A stretch of 64,000 bases of DNA, taken from positions 1 through 64,000 of the forward strand of contig CAWBYW010000025.1 in the NCBI GenBank assembly GCA_963792965.1. Reading direction: 5' to 3'. Made by a program: the position numbers and the translations under genes. The stretch's first letter is position 1; each line of letters opens with the position of its first letter. The notes beneath the pieces were generated by a model, which did not search any database, was not told where the DNA came from, and was given only the letters and a program-made list of their open reading frames with translations. Below, piece after piece: positions 43,533-53,088 of this stretch. The DNA comes from an uncultured delta proteobacterium (GTDB lineage Bacteria > Desulfobacterota > Zymogenia > Zymogenales > Zymogenaceae).

Positions 43533-43571
43533 GAAGTAAATTAGTTACTATGCTATTAACTTATTTACTTC
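43533..43571. promoter_or_regulatory. Putative TetR operator
   Basis: GAAGTAAATTAGTTA-9 bp-TAACTTATTTACTTC inverted repeat (14/15 match) directly upstream of the TetR start; TTGACA at 43585-43590 (-). Confidence 0.7.
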
Positions 43572-43631
43572 ATTTCTCTGCTACTGTCAAGGAAATTCGA
43601 AAGGTCGAATGAATCGATCGCGATTTTGAGA

Positions 43632-44027
43632 CTATTGTGCGAAGTGGCTCTTATGGTTCGGTTTGATTCCCGACGCGCCGACGTGCAACAGGACCCCGAT
43701 CGCAAAGCCTGAAACAGCACCGGTGATCAGCCGTGCCGGATTGCCGGCGTCAACATCAAACAACAGCTCGGCGCATGCCTCTATGCCCGTTACCAGCGAC
43801 AACAGGACGAAGGCCACAAGTCTTTTGTTCTGATGAATATCGGTAAGCCTCAGAAAGTGATTTGCGATGATGCCGATGAGGATGAACGAATAGATCCCCG
43901 AGCACCGGCAGCAGAGCGGCAGGTCAATCCCGAAGATCCGGCTCCGCTCGGGCAGGTGGTGGCAAATGGGGAGGGAATGGATGAACTCCCACAAGCACGA
44001 CGTTAGCTTTGCGGCGTAAATCGGCAT
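43632..44027 (-). CDS. DUF2085-like membrane protein
   Basis: CHHLPERS...LPLCCRCSGIY motif. Confidence 0.75.
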   Translation of the reverse strand: MPIYAAKLTSCLWEFIHSLPICHHLPERSRIFGIDLPLCCRCSGIYSFILIGIIANHFLRLTDIHQNKRLVAFVLLSLVTGIEACAELLFDVDAGNPARLITGAVSGFAIGVLLHVGASGIKPNHKSHFAQ

Positions 44028-44203
44028 TCGTGCACGAAATAGTAGCTTGACACGTATTATAGAAACATGTATATAGACTTGTAATAGGCTTTCTGTATCT
44101 CACTATACTCGCCAATCAACCGGTTTTCCACATATTTCTTCACGGCGGTGTTCCCACTATTTTTTACTGGCCTGACCGCCGACGATAATTAAAGGGGTAA
44201 AAA

Positions 44204-45073
44204 ATGAAACGAACGCAGGCATTAGTTGCGGTGCTTGTCATGGCGCTTTTAGTCATGATTCCTGCGGTGGTATACGGCCAGACCGCCGAGGAATGGTATA
44301 AAATTGCAAAGGATTCTGCTGCATCCAAGGATTATGCCAAGGCGGTTGAATGCTTTAGCAAGGCCATCGAGCTCAACCCGAATTATTTCGAAGCCTATAA
44401 CTACCGGGGAAACGCTTATAAGAATCTTGGCAAATACGATCTGGCGATGGCTGACTACAACAGGGCCATAGAGATCGACCCGAAGGATGCGCGACCCTAT
44501 AACAACCGGGGATCCGTCTATCGCAAGATGGGTAATGAGGACCTGGCGATCGCCGACTTCAACAGAGCCATCGAGATCGGCGGCGAAGTAATCGCCCGCT
44601 ACACCGGGGCCGTTAAACCTGACCAGAAGCTTGCGGCTGCCTCCATTGCCCGGGGTACCGCCTATACGAATCTCGGTAAGTACGACCTGGCGATCGCCGA
44701 CTACACCAAGGCCATTGAGATCGACCCGAAGGATGAAGACTACTACTATCTCAGGGGTAGTGCCTATGTGAGTCTGGGTAAATACGACCGTGCGATCGTC
44801 GACTTTACCAGCGCCATCGATCTCATACCGAATGCTGAGGGCGCCTACTTAATGCGTGGTTTTGCATATACGTCTCAAGGCAACTACGACCCGGCGATCG
44901 CCGACTGCACCAAGGCCATCGATCTCGACCCGACGGATACCAAAGCCTACTCTATCCGGGGTAAAGCTTATTACAATTTAGGAAAACTTAATGAGGCCTC
45001 CTCGGATTTAGAGAAAGGCTGTAACTTGGGGGACCAGGATTGCTGCAAAAAATACAAACAGTTAAACCCATAG
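44204..45073 (+). CDS. Exported TPR protein
   Basis: Signal peptide and repeated AY-NRG-AY...AIADY-KAIEIDP units. Confidence 0.9.
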   Translation: MKRTQALVAVLVMALLVMIPAVVYGQTAEEWYKIAKDSAASKDYAKAVECFSKAIELNPNYFEAYNYRGNAYKNLGKYDLAMADYNRAIEIDPKDARPYNNRGSVYRKMGNEDLAIADFNRAIEIGGEVIARYTGAVKPDQKLAAASIARGTAYTNLGKYDLAIADYTKAIEIDPKDEDYYYLRGSAYVSLGKYDRAIVDFTSAIDLIPNAEGAYLMRGFAYTSQGNYDPAIADCTKAIDLDPTDTKAYSIRGKAYYNLGKLNEASSDLEKGCNLGDQDCCKKYKQLNP

Positions 45074-45215
45074 GTACCGTCTTTTAGAAACGGTACAAAG
45101 AACAGGTCTTCCAAAATGACCGTATCTTTTCACGGCATATAGGGCAATCTATGGCACAATACCGGCACGGAAGGCGTATTCAACAACGCACCGGCTCAAC
45201 GAATGCTATGATCCC

Positions 45216-45243
45216 GTAGGGCGGCCCGCGTGACGCCTCTGCA
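45216..45243 (+). repeat. Degenerate GTAG-type REP
   Basis: ATGATCCCGTAGGGCGGC prefix shared with 46342; GTAG plus an imperfect hairpin. Confidence 0.5.
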
Positions 45244-45358
45244 CGAACAAACACAACGCGGGATTGTCCACCCCGGCCGTACCGGTGCTTGATATGGGGG
45301 ATCCCTTTGTGGTTTTTTTCTCGATTCAGTATTTATTAACTTTTAGAAGGAATTGCAG

Positions 45359-46045
45359 ATGATGAAAGAAACGAATAAGGGAATACTTATTGTGCTTTTT
45401 GCCGTCTTGATTACGGCGCTCTATCTCCTGTCGTGCGCGACGCCCGCAACGGTCAGCGTACCTGCCGACCCGAGGATATTTCAAGATAATTCGTCTGTTA
45501 TAACGGTTTTTAGTTCGTTTGCCGCTCCCGGTCCCATCCCAAGTAAGGCTTATTACCTGGCATCGGGCAACCAAAACGTCCCCGATACTGATTTGGAATT
45601 TCAGACGTATGCCAGATACATCGAGAATGCCCTATCTCAAAAAGGGTACGTCCGCACATACGACGTGAAGAACGCGGACATTCTTGTCAGTTTGGCCTAT
45701 GGAATTGGAGACCCGACGACAAGCACCAGTACTATGGTAACAAGTAATGGGTATGGGTATTATACCGGATACTTCTGGTATTACACGCCTCCCACAACGA
45801 CAACGGAAACATCAACGACTTATAAGAGGAACTTAATAGTGGAGGCGTACGACCTGAAGGACCCGAAAAATAAGTCGCAGCTCTGGAAAACCACCGCAAC
45901 AAGTGTAGGGACGTCTAGTGATTTGCGCAGCGTCCTTGCATATATGGTTACGGCTGCGGGTCCATATTTCGGCACGAGCACCGTAACGCAGCAAACCGTC
46001 GCAATCTACGGGACCAACCCGGGACTCCTGGATATCTTGAAATGA
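45359..46045 (+). CDS. Lipoprotein (DUF4136-like)
   Basis: Lipobox LLSC; IENALSQKGY and ADILVSLAYG. Confidence 0.75.
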   Translation: MMKETNKGILIVLFAVLITALYLLSCATPATVSVPADPRIFQDNSSVITVFSSFAAPGPIPSKAYYLASGNQNVPDTDLEFQTYARYIENALSQKGYVRTYDVKNADILVSLAYGIGDPTTSTSTMVTSNGYGYYTGYFWYYTPPTTTTETSTTYKRNLIVEAYDLKDPKNKSQLWKTTATSVGTSSDLRSVLAYMVTAAGPYFGTSTVTQQTVAIYGTNPGLLDILK

Positions 46046-46348
46046 TACTTGAGAAACGATAGCTCGGGTCTCTCTCGAGGGAGTGAACAGGAATCGAGGT
46101 TACGCTATTCGCGGTTTGTTTCTGCGAGTGTCCTAAAAAACGAGTACCGTGAAACGTGGGGCTAACCCTTCTCCGTTTTTGAATTGTGTCTAACTTTCAT
46201 GTGAATTGACGTCTCAAGAAAAACAGCCGCCCGCGATGGGCGGCTGTTCGGACTGCCGGCAAACCTGTTTCTATTCCTTTCCAATAATAACCTGAATTCC
46301 GTCATTACGGAGATCGTCCCGCCGCAACCACGATAACGGCCATGATCC

Positions 46349-46376
46349 CGTAGGGGCGGCTCGCGAACCACCCCTG
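46349..46376 (+). repeat. GTAG-type REP
   Basis: GTAGGGGCGGCTCGCGAACCACCCCT. Confidence 0.6.
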
Positions 46377-46455
46377 CGCATCTTAATATAAAATGGAGTG
46401 ACGGGCCGCGGAGGCGCGAAGTTACTATGCGTATCGGGGCAGGTCCTTGGTCTCC

Positions 46456-46872
46456 TCATAGTAGGCCTCGACGCCGATCTCCTTCATACGGCTGTTCATC
46501 TTGATCCACCGCTCCTTCAGGTTCGGGTCGAAATTGGACTTTTTCGCACGGAAACTCGCCGCACGAAAAGCAGAAGTCTACGCCTTTTGCCCGGGAGCAG
46601 GGGCCGACGCCGCAGTTCGGGAAGAGACAATCTCCGGATCGGCACCCGCGGCAACTCCCTCCGGCAAAATGGGCCAACAGGTCCTTGAAGGCTCCGTAGC
46701 CGGAGAAAACGGGCGCGAATTTCGAGAAACGCACGGCATAGGTATCGAAGCCGCCCAATAACCGCCTCAATTCCGCCGCATGTCGCTTAATGTCACCCTC
46801 GGCAAACGCCATGCACTTTGCACAGTTGAGCCCGCAGGGGGCAAGGATTTTCTTGATTTCATCGTAGGTCAT
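46456..46872 (-). CDS. DUF3795 Cys-rich protein (3' frameshift likely)
   Basis: APCGLNCAKC, CRGCR and FCFSCGEFPC. Confidence 0.8.
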   Translation of the reverse strand: MTYDEIKKILAPCGLNCAKCMAFAEGDIKRHAAELRRLLGGFDTYAVRFSKFAPVFSGYGAFKDLLAHFAGGSCRGCRSGDCLFPNCGVGPCSRAKGVDFCFSCGEFPCEKVQFRPEPEGAVDQDEQPYEGDRRRGLL

Positions 46873-46970
46873 ATCACCAACCTCGGGAAATGAACGGGGG
46901 CCGATGCGGCCCCCCTTCTTACTGACATCGATACCGGACTATGCCGGCAGGAATCAATGCCTGCCGCCGG

Positions 46971-47153
46971 TCATATTCCCTTCATGGATGTGGCGATTGC
47001 ATAAAGAAGTGCAGAAATGAGGAGCAGCCACACGCCGACGCCGGCAAAGGGCAAGACTACCCCAAGTCGCGGCAGGATGACAAGGATCGCGCCGACGATG
47101 AGAAGGATCAGCCCGATCCACCAGGTTGCTTTCTTAGGTGCGCTTAATTTCAT
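46971..47153 (-). CDS. Small two-TM membrane protein
   Basis: GGAGG RBS before MKLSAPKKATWWIGLIL. Confidence 0.7.
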   Translation of the reverse strand: MKLSAPKKATWWIGLILLIVGAILVILPRLGVVLPFAGVGVWLLLISALLYAIATSMKGI

Positions 47154-47237
47154 GGGAAACCTCCATAAAAAAATTAAGAATACAACGACATGACGGATCA
47201 TGTCCCGGGATATCGGGCCGTATCGGGTCCAGCCCGA

Positions 47238-47594
47238 CTAAAAGCCCTCTTGCGCCTTTTTCTCCCGCAGATGCTTAGTCAACAAATAGATGCAAATTAC
47301 GATGACGACGATATCCACCAGAACGTGAAAGATGATAAACGGCGTAGATTGTCTGAAGACGAACCTGAGAATCCCGAGCACCCCCCCGACCGACGGCAGT
47401 ATCACCCCAAGCCAGAGCGCCCACCTCTTCCTGAAGACCAGGAAGAGACCGACGAAGAGGTAGATAACGCCGAATCCCGCGGCGCCGAGCACATGCGCCT
47501 CGGTCCCATAGACGAAGAGTTGTGCGACATGGGTGACGGCCGAGATCAACAGGAGAACACCCGCCGATAGGTAGAGCCTTTCACTTTGACTCAT
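47238..47594 (-). CDS. Four-TM hypothetical membrane protein
   Basis: Hydrophobic helices; GGGAGGG RBS. Confidence 0.7.
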   Translation of the reverse strand: MSQSERLYLSAGVLLLISAVTHVAQLFVYGTEAHVLGAAGFGVIYLFVGLFLVFRKRWALWLGVILPSVGGVLGILRFVFRQSTPFIIFHVLVDIVVIVICIYLLTKHLREKKAQEGF

Positions 47595-47774
47595 GACTAT
47601 CCCTCCCATCAATCCTCTTATATTCTTTTATAGAGGACAATTGAAGAAAATGCAAGGAGTTTTAACAGGCACGCCGGCCACTTCCCGGAGTGCCGTAGGA
47701 TGGAAAGAAACCATAAAGGACGTTTACAGACGAAAGGAGTTATGGTATACTTCTCTTGTTAAAAGGAGAAACCA

Positions 47775-48089
47775 TGCAAACGCTCTTTGCGTTTTTTTTT
47801 ATTGCCATACTCTTCGTTCTCTTCATCTCTTTCTTCCTCGATCGTCCTCGGGGCTTCGTTCGTGTTGAGGCTCGCGAGGTTCTTCCTTTCCCCCTTTAAA
47901 GCCCGGAAACGGCAAGAGGACACTCAGATCATGGGGACGGACGGACTGCCCGTGACCGACGTCATGGTCAAGGACCCCGCGTGCGGCACGTATCTCCCAC
48001 AAAAAGACGCGATACGCGCGACCGTCCGGGGCCGGACCCTCTATTTTTGCAGCATACAATGCCTTTCTGATTACCGAAAAAGCTCGTGA
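47775..48089 (+). CDS. YHS/TRASH domain protein (N-terminus frameshifted)
   Basis: MVKDPACGTY...LYFCSIQC. Confidence 0.75.
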   Translation, partial: CKRSLRFFLLPYSSFSSSLSSSIVLGASFVLRLARFFLSPFKARKRQEDTQIMGTDGLPVTDVMVKDPACGTYLPQKDAIRATVRGRTLYFCSIQCLSDYRKSS

Positions 48090-48102
48090 GGCCGCGCGAC
48101 CC

Positions 48103-48975
48103 ATGATATGGCTCTCCTTGACCCTCGTCTCGGCCCTCGCGATGACGCTTCAGGATGTCTTTTCCAAGAAAATCGCCGATTCCACCGGCACTCTGCTCGT
48201 CGCGTGGGTGAGGTGGCTATCCTCCGTCCCTTTTCTCTTGCTCTGCCTTCCCTTCATCACCGTCCCGCCCCTTTCGGCCGAGTTTTACGTCGTCACGGGT
48301 ATTCTGGTCCCCCTCGACGTTTTTGCCCTCGTCCTCTATATGAAGGCGATACGCATCTCGCCCCTCAACGTGACGCTGCCCTTCCTTTCGCTGACCCCGA
48401 TCCTTATGATCCTGACGGGCTATCTCTTCCTCGGCGAGACCCTCAAGCCGGGGCAGATCTTCGGGATCGTCCTCATCACGGCGGGGGCATACCTCATCAA
48501 CATTCACACGATTAAGGACGGTATCCTGCAGCCGATACTCTCGATCTCAAAGGAGAAGGGATCGCTCCTCATGATCATCGTCGCGGTGATCTACGGCGTC
48601 ACGGGGACGCTCGGCAAGAAGGCGGTCGTCTTGAGCAACCCCCTCTTCTTCGGGCTCTCCTACACGGCGCTTCTCTCGATCATGATGGCGCCGATGGTCT
48701 TCTACCTCGGGCCGTCCCCGAAAGTCTCCGCGGGGCGCATACGGCGAAGCCTCTTCATCATCGTCCTGCTCGGCCTCGTGGGAGCGGTGAACGTCGTAAC
48801 CCACTTCTTTGCGATACGGCTCGTTGAGGCGGCATCTATGGTGGCGGTAAAGAGGACAAGCCTGCTGTTCGGGATACTCTTCGGCCGCTTCCTCTTCGAC
48901 GAACCGCACTTCAAAGCCCGGTTAGGCGGGGCCGTTCTGATGATGGCGGGGGTGGTAATCATCTACCTCTTCTGA
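48103..48975 (+). CDS. EamA/DMT family transporter
   Basis: About ten TM helices in two repeats; FLGE and VKRTS motifs. Confidence 0.9.
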   Translation: MIWLSLTLVSALAMTLQDVFSKKIADSTGTLLVAWVRWLSSVPFLLLCLPFITVPPLSAEFYVVTGILVPLDVFALVLYMKAIRISPLNVTLPFLSLTPILMILTGYLFLGETLKPGQIFGIVLITAGAYLINIHTIKDGILQPILSISKEKGSLLMIIVAVIYGVTGTLGKKAVVLSNPLFFGLSYTALLSIMMAPMVFYLGPSPKVSAGRIRRSLFIIVLLGLVGAVNVVTHFFAIRLVEAASMVAVKRTSLLFGILFGRFLFDEPHFKARLGGAVLMMAGVVIIYLF

Positions 48976-49223
48976 TACGCATCGATCCGCCAGCGGACCG
49001 TCGGCCGGCGGGATTCTCTTGACGATGCGACTTTGAGCGGCCTGAATCAGTCCCTCCGTTCCTTCCGATGAATAGCTCGTTAGAAAGATAGTGGAGATAC
49101 GTGTCTTGCCAACATCCTTATCATCATATATACTATACATATAGGTTATCTTAACTCCACCCGAGACACGTATCGCGGCGGGACAATGATACGTTCCGGC
49201 TGCATCGTATATGTGAGCATCGT

Positions 49224-50078
49224 ATGAAAGAAAACAGCCCAAGCGCGACGGCACTTCGAGTCGCAATGCGCCGCGCCGCACACCAGATCATGGATGAGCC
49301 CACGGTATTCTCAGACCCCCTTATCTTCCGCATTCTCGGTACAGAGGATGTCTCCGCGTCCCGGTCTGATCCGGCTTGGTCGGGAGAGACTCCGCTCTCC
49401 CGTGGGCTTCGGGCATTCCTGGCCGCGCGAAGTCGATACGCCGAAGACGAGCTCCACGCATCCGTTTCGCGAGGCGTTGGCCAATATGTCGTTCTCGGCG
49501 CAGGTCTTGACACGTTCGGCTGTCGGAACCCATACCCCGAGGGTGTCCTCCATGTCTTCGAGGTGGACCATCCGGCTACCCAGACATGGAAGCGCGCGCG
49601 CCTCAGGCAAGTCGGCATTCCGATCCCTCGCACACTCACCTTCTCGCCTGTTGATTTCGAGACCGGGACGATTGAGGAAGCCTTGAGGGAAACGGGATTT
49701 GACTCAGACATTCGTACATTCTTTTCGTGGCTCGGGGTGACCCAGTATCTGACGATCGGCGCGGTCACTGCCACGTTGCGATTCGTGGCGTCCATGCCGG
49801 CGGGCAGCGCAATAGTCTTCGATTACACGATCTCACCTTCTTTGCTGAATCCGACGGCACGCCTCGTTTTTGACAGCCTTGCACGGCGCGTGGCGGCGGC
49901 GGGGGAGCCCTTTCAGACCTCGTTTGATCCTGCCTCACTGATGAGCGGTCTGAAGACGATGGGCTTTAACCGGACCGAGGACGTAGCACCGGAAGAAATG
50001 AACGCCCGATACTTTCAGGGACGAGCGGACAGGCTGAGAGTCGGCGGATTCACCCACGTAATGAACGCGCGCGTCTGA
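49224..50078 (+). CDS. SAM-dependent methyltransferase (LCM/TIGR00027-like)
   Basis: QYVVLGAGLDT, FEVDHP and WLGVTQYL. Confidence 0.9.
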   Translation: MKENSPSATALRVAMRRAAHQIMDEPTVFSDPLIFRILGTEDVSASRSDPAWSGETPLSRGLRAFLAARSRYAEDELHASVSRGVGQYVVLGAGLDTFGCRNPYPEGVLHVFEVDHPATQTWKRARLRQVGIPIPRTLTFSPVDFETGTIEEALRETGFDSDIRTFFSWLGVTQYLTIGAVTATLRFVASMPAGSAIVFDYTISPSLLNPTARLVFDSLARRVAAAGEPFQTSFDPASLMSGLKTMGFNRTEDVAPEEMNARYFQGRADRLRVGGFTHVMNARV

Positions 50079-50156
50079 GCACGAGGCGCGTCGTCGCATC
50101 CATCGTTGACGGCTCGCCCCCCACATGGTAGGATAGTGACATACGCGTGGAGGAAA

Positions 50157-51319
50157 ATGATGTCAGGCGCCGAAGTATCGATCATTCGCTGTGACGACTA
50201 CGAAACCGAACAGGTCTATCGAAAAACCAAGGAGGCCCTCGACCTTCTGGGCGGAATCGGCACGTTCATTTCCCGAGGCGATCGGGTCCTCATCAAGCCG
50301 AACGTCCTGTCCGCACGGACGCCGGACAAAGCCGTCCTTACGCACCCCGCCGTGCTTGAGGCGGCGGTTCGGCTCGTCCTGGAGGCCGGAGGGGTGCCTC
50401 TCGTCGGCGACAGCCCCAGCATCGGGGGCATCGAGGGGTGCGCCGAGAAGGGAGGATTTGCTCCGATCCTCAAGAAATACAATGTGCCTCTGCTCAAGTG
50501 CGAGGAGGTCGCAGTAGTCAAGAACCCCGACGGTGCCTTTAAAACCTTCGAAGTGGCAAAGGACGCGCTGGAGGTCGACAAGATCGTTAACCTCCCCAAG
50601 CTCAAGACCCACGGTCAAATGGTCATGACCATGGCGGTCAAGAACACCTTCGGGCTCGTACCCGGGGCGCGCAAAACCCAGTGGCATCTGAGGATCGGCA
50701 ATAGCCCGGCTCATTTCGCCCGGATGCTCGTCGACCTGCACTACCTGATGCGGCCCTGTCTCTCCATCATGGATGGGATAACGGGGATGGAAGGCAACGG
50801 ACCCGGCAGCGGAGACCCGGTGGACCTCGGCCTGATCATCGCCGGAAACGACGCTTCCGCCATCGATACCGTGGCCTGTCGGATCGTGGGGTTGGCTGAG
50901 TCATTGCTCTATACCCTCGTCGAGGCCGATAAGGCAAAACTCGGTGTGACGGATCTCTCGGAAATCGAGGTTCGAGGTTTGCGGATCGAGGACGTATCGG
51001 TGGAGGGCTTTACGTTTCCCCCGACCGGCCCCGTCATGGCGGGTATGCCCGCGGTCATTACCCGCATCGCCCGCAGGGCGCTCACCCCCCGTCCCATCAT
51101 CATCCCCGAGCTCTGCGTTACGTGCGGACGCTGCGAAAAGGTCTGCCCCGCCCGGGCGATCGCCGGGCCGCCCCCTCGCTCAGAAGGAGGGCGCAAAAAA
51201 ATCCGGGACGGATGACCATCGATTACAACCGGTGCATCCGCTGCTTCTGCTGCCAGGAGATCTGCCCGGAAGGTGCCGTCAATATCAGGACGGGGTGGTT
51301 TATCAGGAACAAGACCTAA
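50157..51319 (+). CDS. DUF362 domain protein with C-terminal 4Fe-4S dicluster (frameshift near 51200)
   Basis: VLIKPN, NLPKLKTH and MEGNGP; CVTCGRCEKVCP, with CIRCFCCQEICP in a shifted frame. Confidence 0.85.
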
Positions 51320-51425
51320 GGGAATTGGCTGGGTCGGCCGCTCGAGGCTGGGATGGCTTCTTTCGCCCGGCAGGAGTCCGCAGATATCTCGCCCGAGCGA
51401 TGACACGAACGGCGCCGGGAGCCCA

Positions 51426-52174
51426 TCAGGCCTTCGTTCCTATCCCCCAGAAGATCGGCATGAAAACCAGGCGCGTGCCCTTTTTGCACGCTTCCCTCTC
51501 CTTTTCGACAATCCTCTCGATGTCGTGTGCCGTCCCTGAAAGGAAGTAGCGCAGGGAGTCCGCGTAGCTCTCAAAATCCGCTGACCACTCTCCCTCCCAG
51601 ATCGACGGCATCACGCCAACCTCGACCGATCGAAACCCCACCCCCATAAGGAATCGCTTCAGTTTCCTGCCGAAAAAGGGATCGCCTCCGCCCCTCGTGA
51701 TCGCCTCGGCCCAGAGGGGACCCAGCGCGAGGTCGGACGGCTCATCGATCCTGCCGCCGTAATCCGGCTCACCCGTGGCCAGGACGACCCCGCCCGGCGC
51801 GAGCACACGGAACGCCTCCCGCAGCGCCCGATCCGGTGTTCTTGCCCACATCAGCGTGAAGCTCGTTATCACCGCGTCAAACTCGCCCTTTTTGAACGGG
51901 AGCCTCTCGAAATCGGCGACCCTAAACTCGATCTCCGGGTGGCCTGCGCGCGCCCGCTCGATCATTGGAACGGGAGATTATCGATCCCCAGCACGGTCCC
52001 GGTCGTCCGCTCGGCGATCTCGGCCGTGAGGTATCCATCGGCGCACCCTGCGTCGAGGATTTGTTTTCGCGCCATCAGGCCGACCTTTCGCAAGAGTTGG
52101 ATGCGCATCGGCCTTGTCCAGCGCGCCTGGAGGCGAAGGTAGGCAAGCTCTCGCTCAATATTGTACGGTTTCAT
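51426..52174 (-). CDS. Class I SAM methyltransferase (frameshift near 51970)
   Basis: ILDAGCADG motif I; LPFKKGEFD and RVLAPGG. Confidence 0.85.
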
Positions 52175-52274
52175 GCCCCTATCATTTCCGTTTTTGGAGC
52201 CCCTGTCAACCCTTTTCCCTTTGACAGCGAGCCGCTTTTTTGCGATAGTATAGTTGAGGAGATTTCAAAAGCCT

Positions 52275-52601
52275 ATGATCGATTATGAAGAGTTCACCTC
52301 GGTGGACATGCGGGTGGGGACGATCATATCGGCGCGCCTCAATGAGCAGGCGCGTAAACCCGCCTACACCCTCGAGATCGACTTCGGGGAGCTGGGCAGG
52401 CGGTTGTCGAGCGCACAGATCACCAGGCTCTACAGTGCGCATGAGCTCGAGGGACGACAAGTAATCTGCGTCATCAACTTCCCGCCCAAGATCGTGGCGG
52501 GGGTGCGCTCTGAGGTGCTGGTGCTGGGGGTCGACAGCTTTTCGGGGGTGGTCTTGCTCGCTCCTGAGCGGCGGGTGGCTAACGGTCAGAGGGTCTACTG
52601 A
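52275..52601 (+). CDS. csaA: tRNA-binding protein / chaperone CsaA
   Basis: DMRVGTI, SSAQIT, NFPPK and SEVLVLG. Confidence 0.9.
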   Translation: MIDYEEFTSVDMRVGTIISARLNEQARKPAYTLEIDFGELGRRLSSAQITRLYSAHELEGRQVICVINFPPKIVAGVRSEVLVLGVDSFSGVVLLAPERRVANGQRVY

Positions 52602-52643
52602 CAAAAGGAACGACGTGGCTATACGTCTACGGATATATCTCAT

Positions 52644-52670
52644 AAAAAAGCCGCGACACGCGGCTTTTTT
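52644..52670. terminator. Bidirectional intrinsic terminator
   Basis: AAAAAAGCCGCG-ACA-CGCGGCTTTTTT. Confidence 0.85.
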
Positions 52671-52776
52671 AATAACATAGGTTCCCACCGGAGCTCTGCC
52701 CCGAAGGTACTATTCAGCGGGCGGCATATATGCCGCCCCTACGAAGCGTTATCCTGTTCCTACTTCTTCTCCTGTC

Positions 52777-53087
52777 GGGGTCCCCGTGAAATCGAAGATT
52801 TCACGGGGTGACCGTGGGGCCCCCGAAAATGCTTGCATTTTTGGGGGGCTTACCCCCCAAGGAGAGGTTTTCGCCTTTTCCAGGCTTATCCGCTCCTTCT
52901 CCTTCTCTTCGACGGGCCCCACGCGAACCTGTTCGCGTGGGTGTCGCTTTTTTGTGAGAGAAGCTTTTTGGGGAGCTATGCCCTGAACGTGGGATCGGTG
53001 GACGGTATACATGTCCCCGCAGAAGGTGGCCTTGTTCTTCCTTCTGCTCCCACCGGGGTCCCCAAAAATGCTTGCATTTTTGGGGTG
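52777..53087. repeat. Cluster of four GGG(G)YCCC...GGG(G)TG-framed palindromes (REP-like)
   Basis: Copies at 52777-52810, 52816-52848, 52914-52943 and 53055-53087. Confidence 0.75.
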
Positions 53088-53088
53088 G

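Noticed and set aside
44380-44960. DNA-level repeats inside 44204-45073
   Set aside because: These are ordinary TPR coding repeats.
46139-46150. AACGAGTACCGT identical to 17527-17538
   Set aside because: Only 12 bp with no flanking similarity, so it may be chance.
52749-53012. 87-aa ORF downstream of the rSAM as a precursor peptide
   Set aside because: It runs through palindromic repeats, has no Cys and no leader/core pattern, and is likely spurious.
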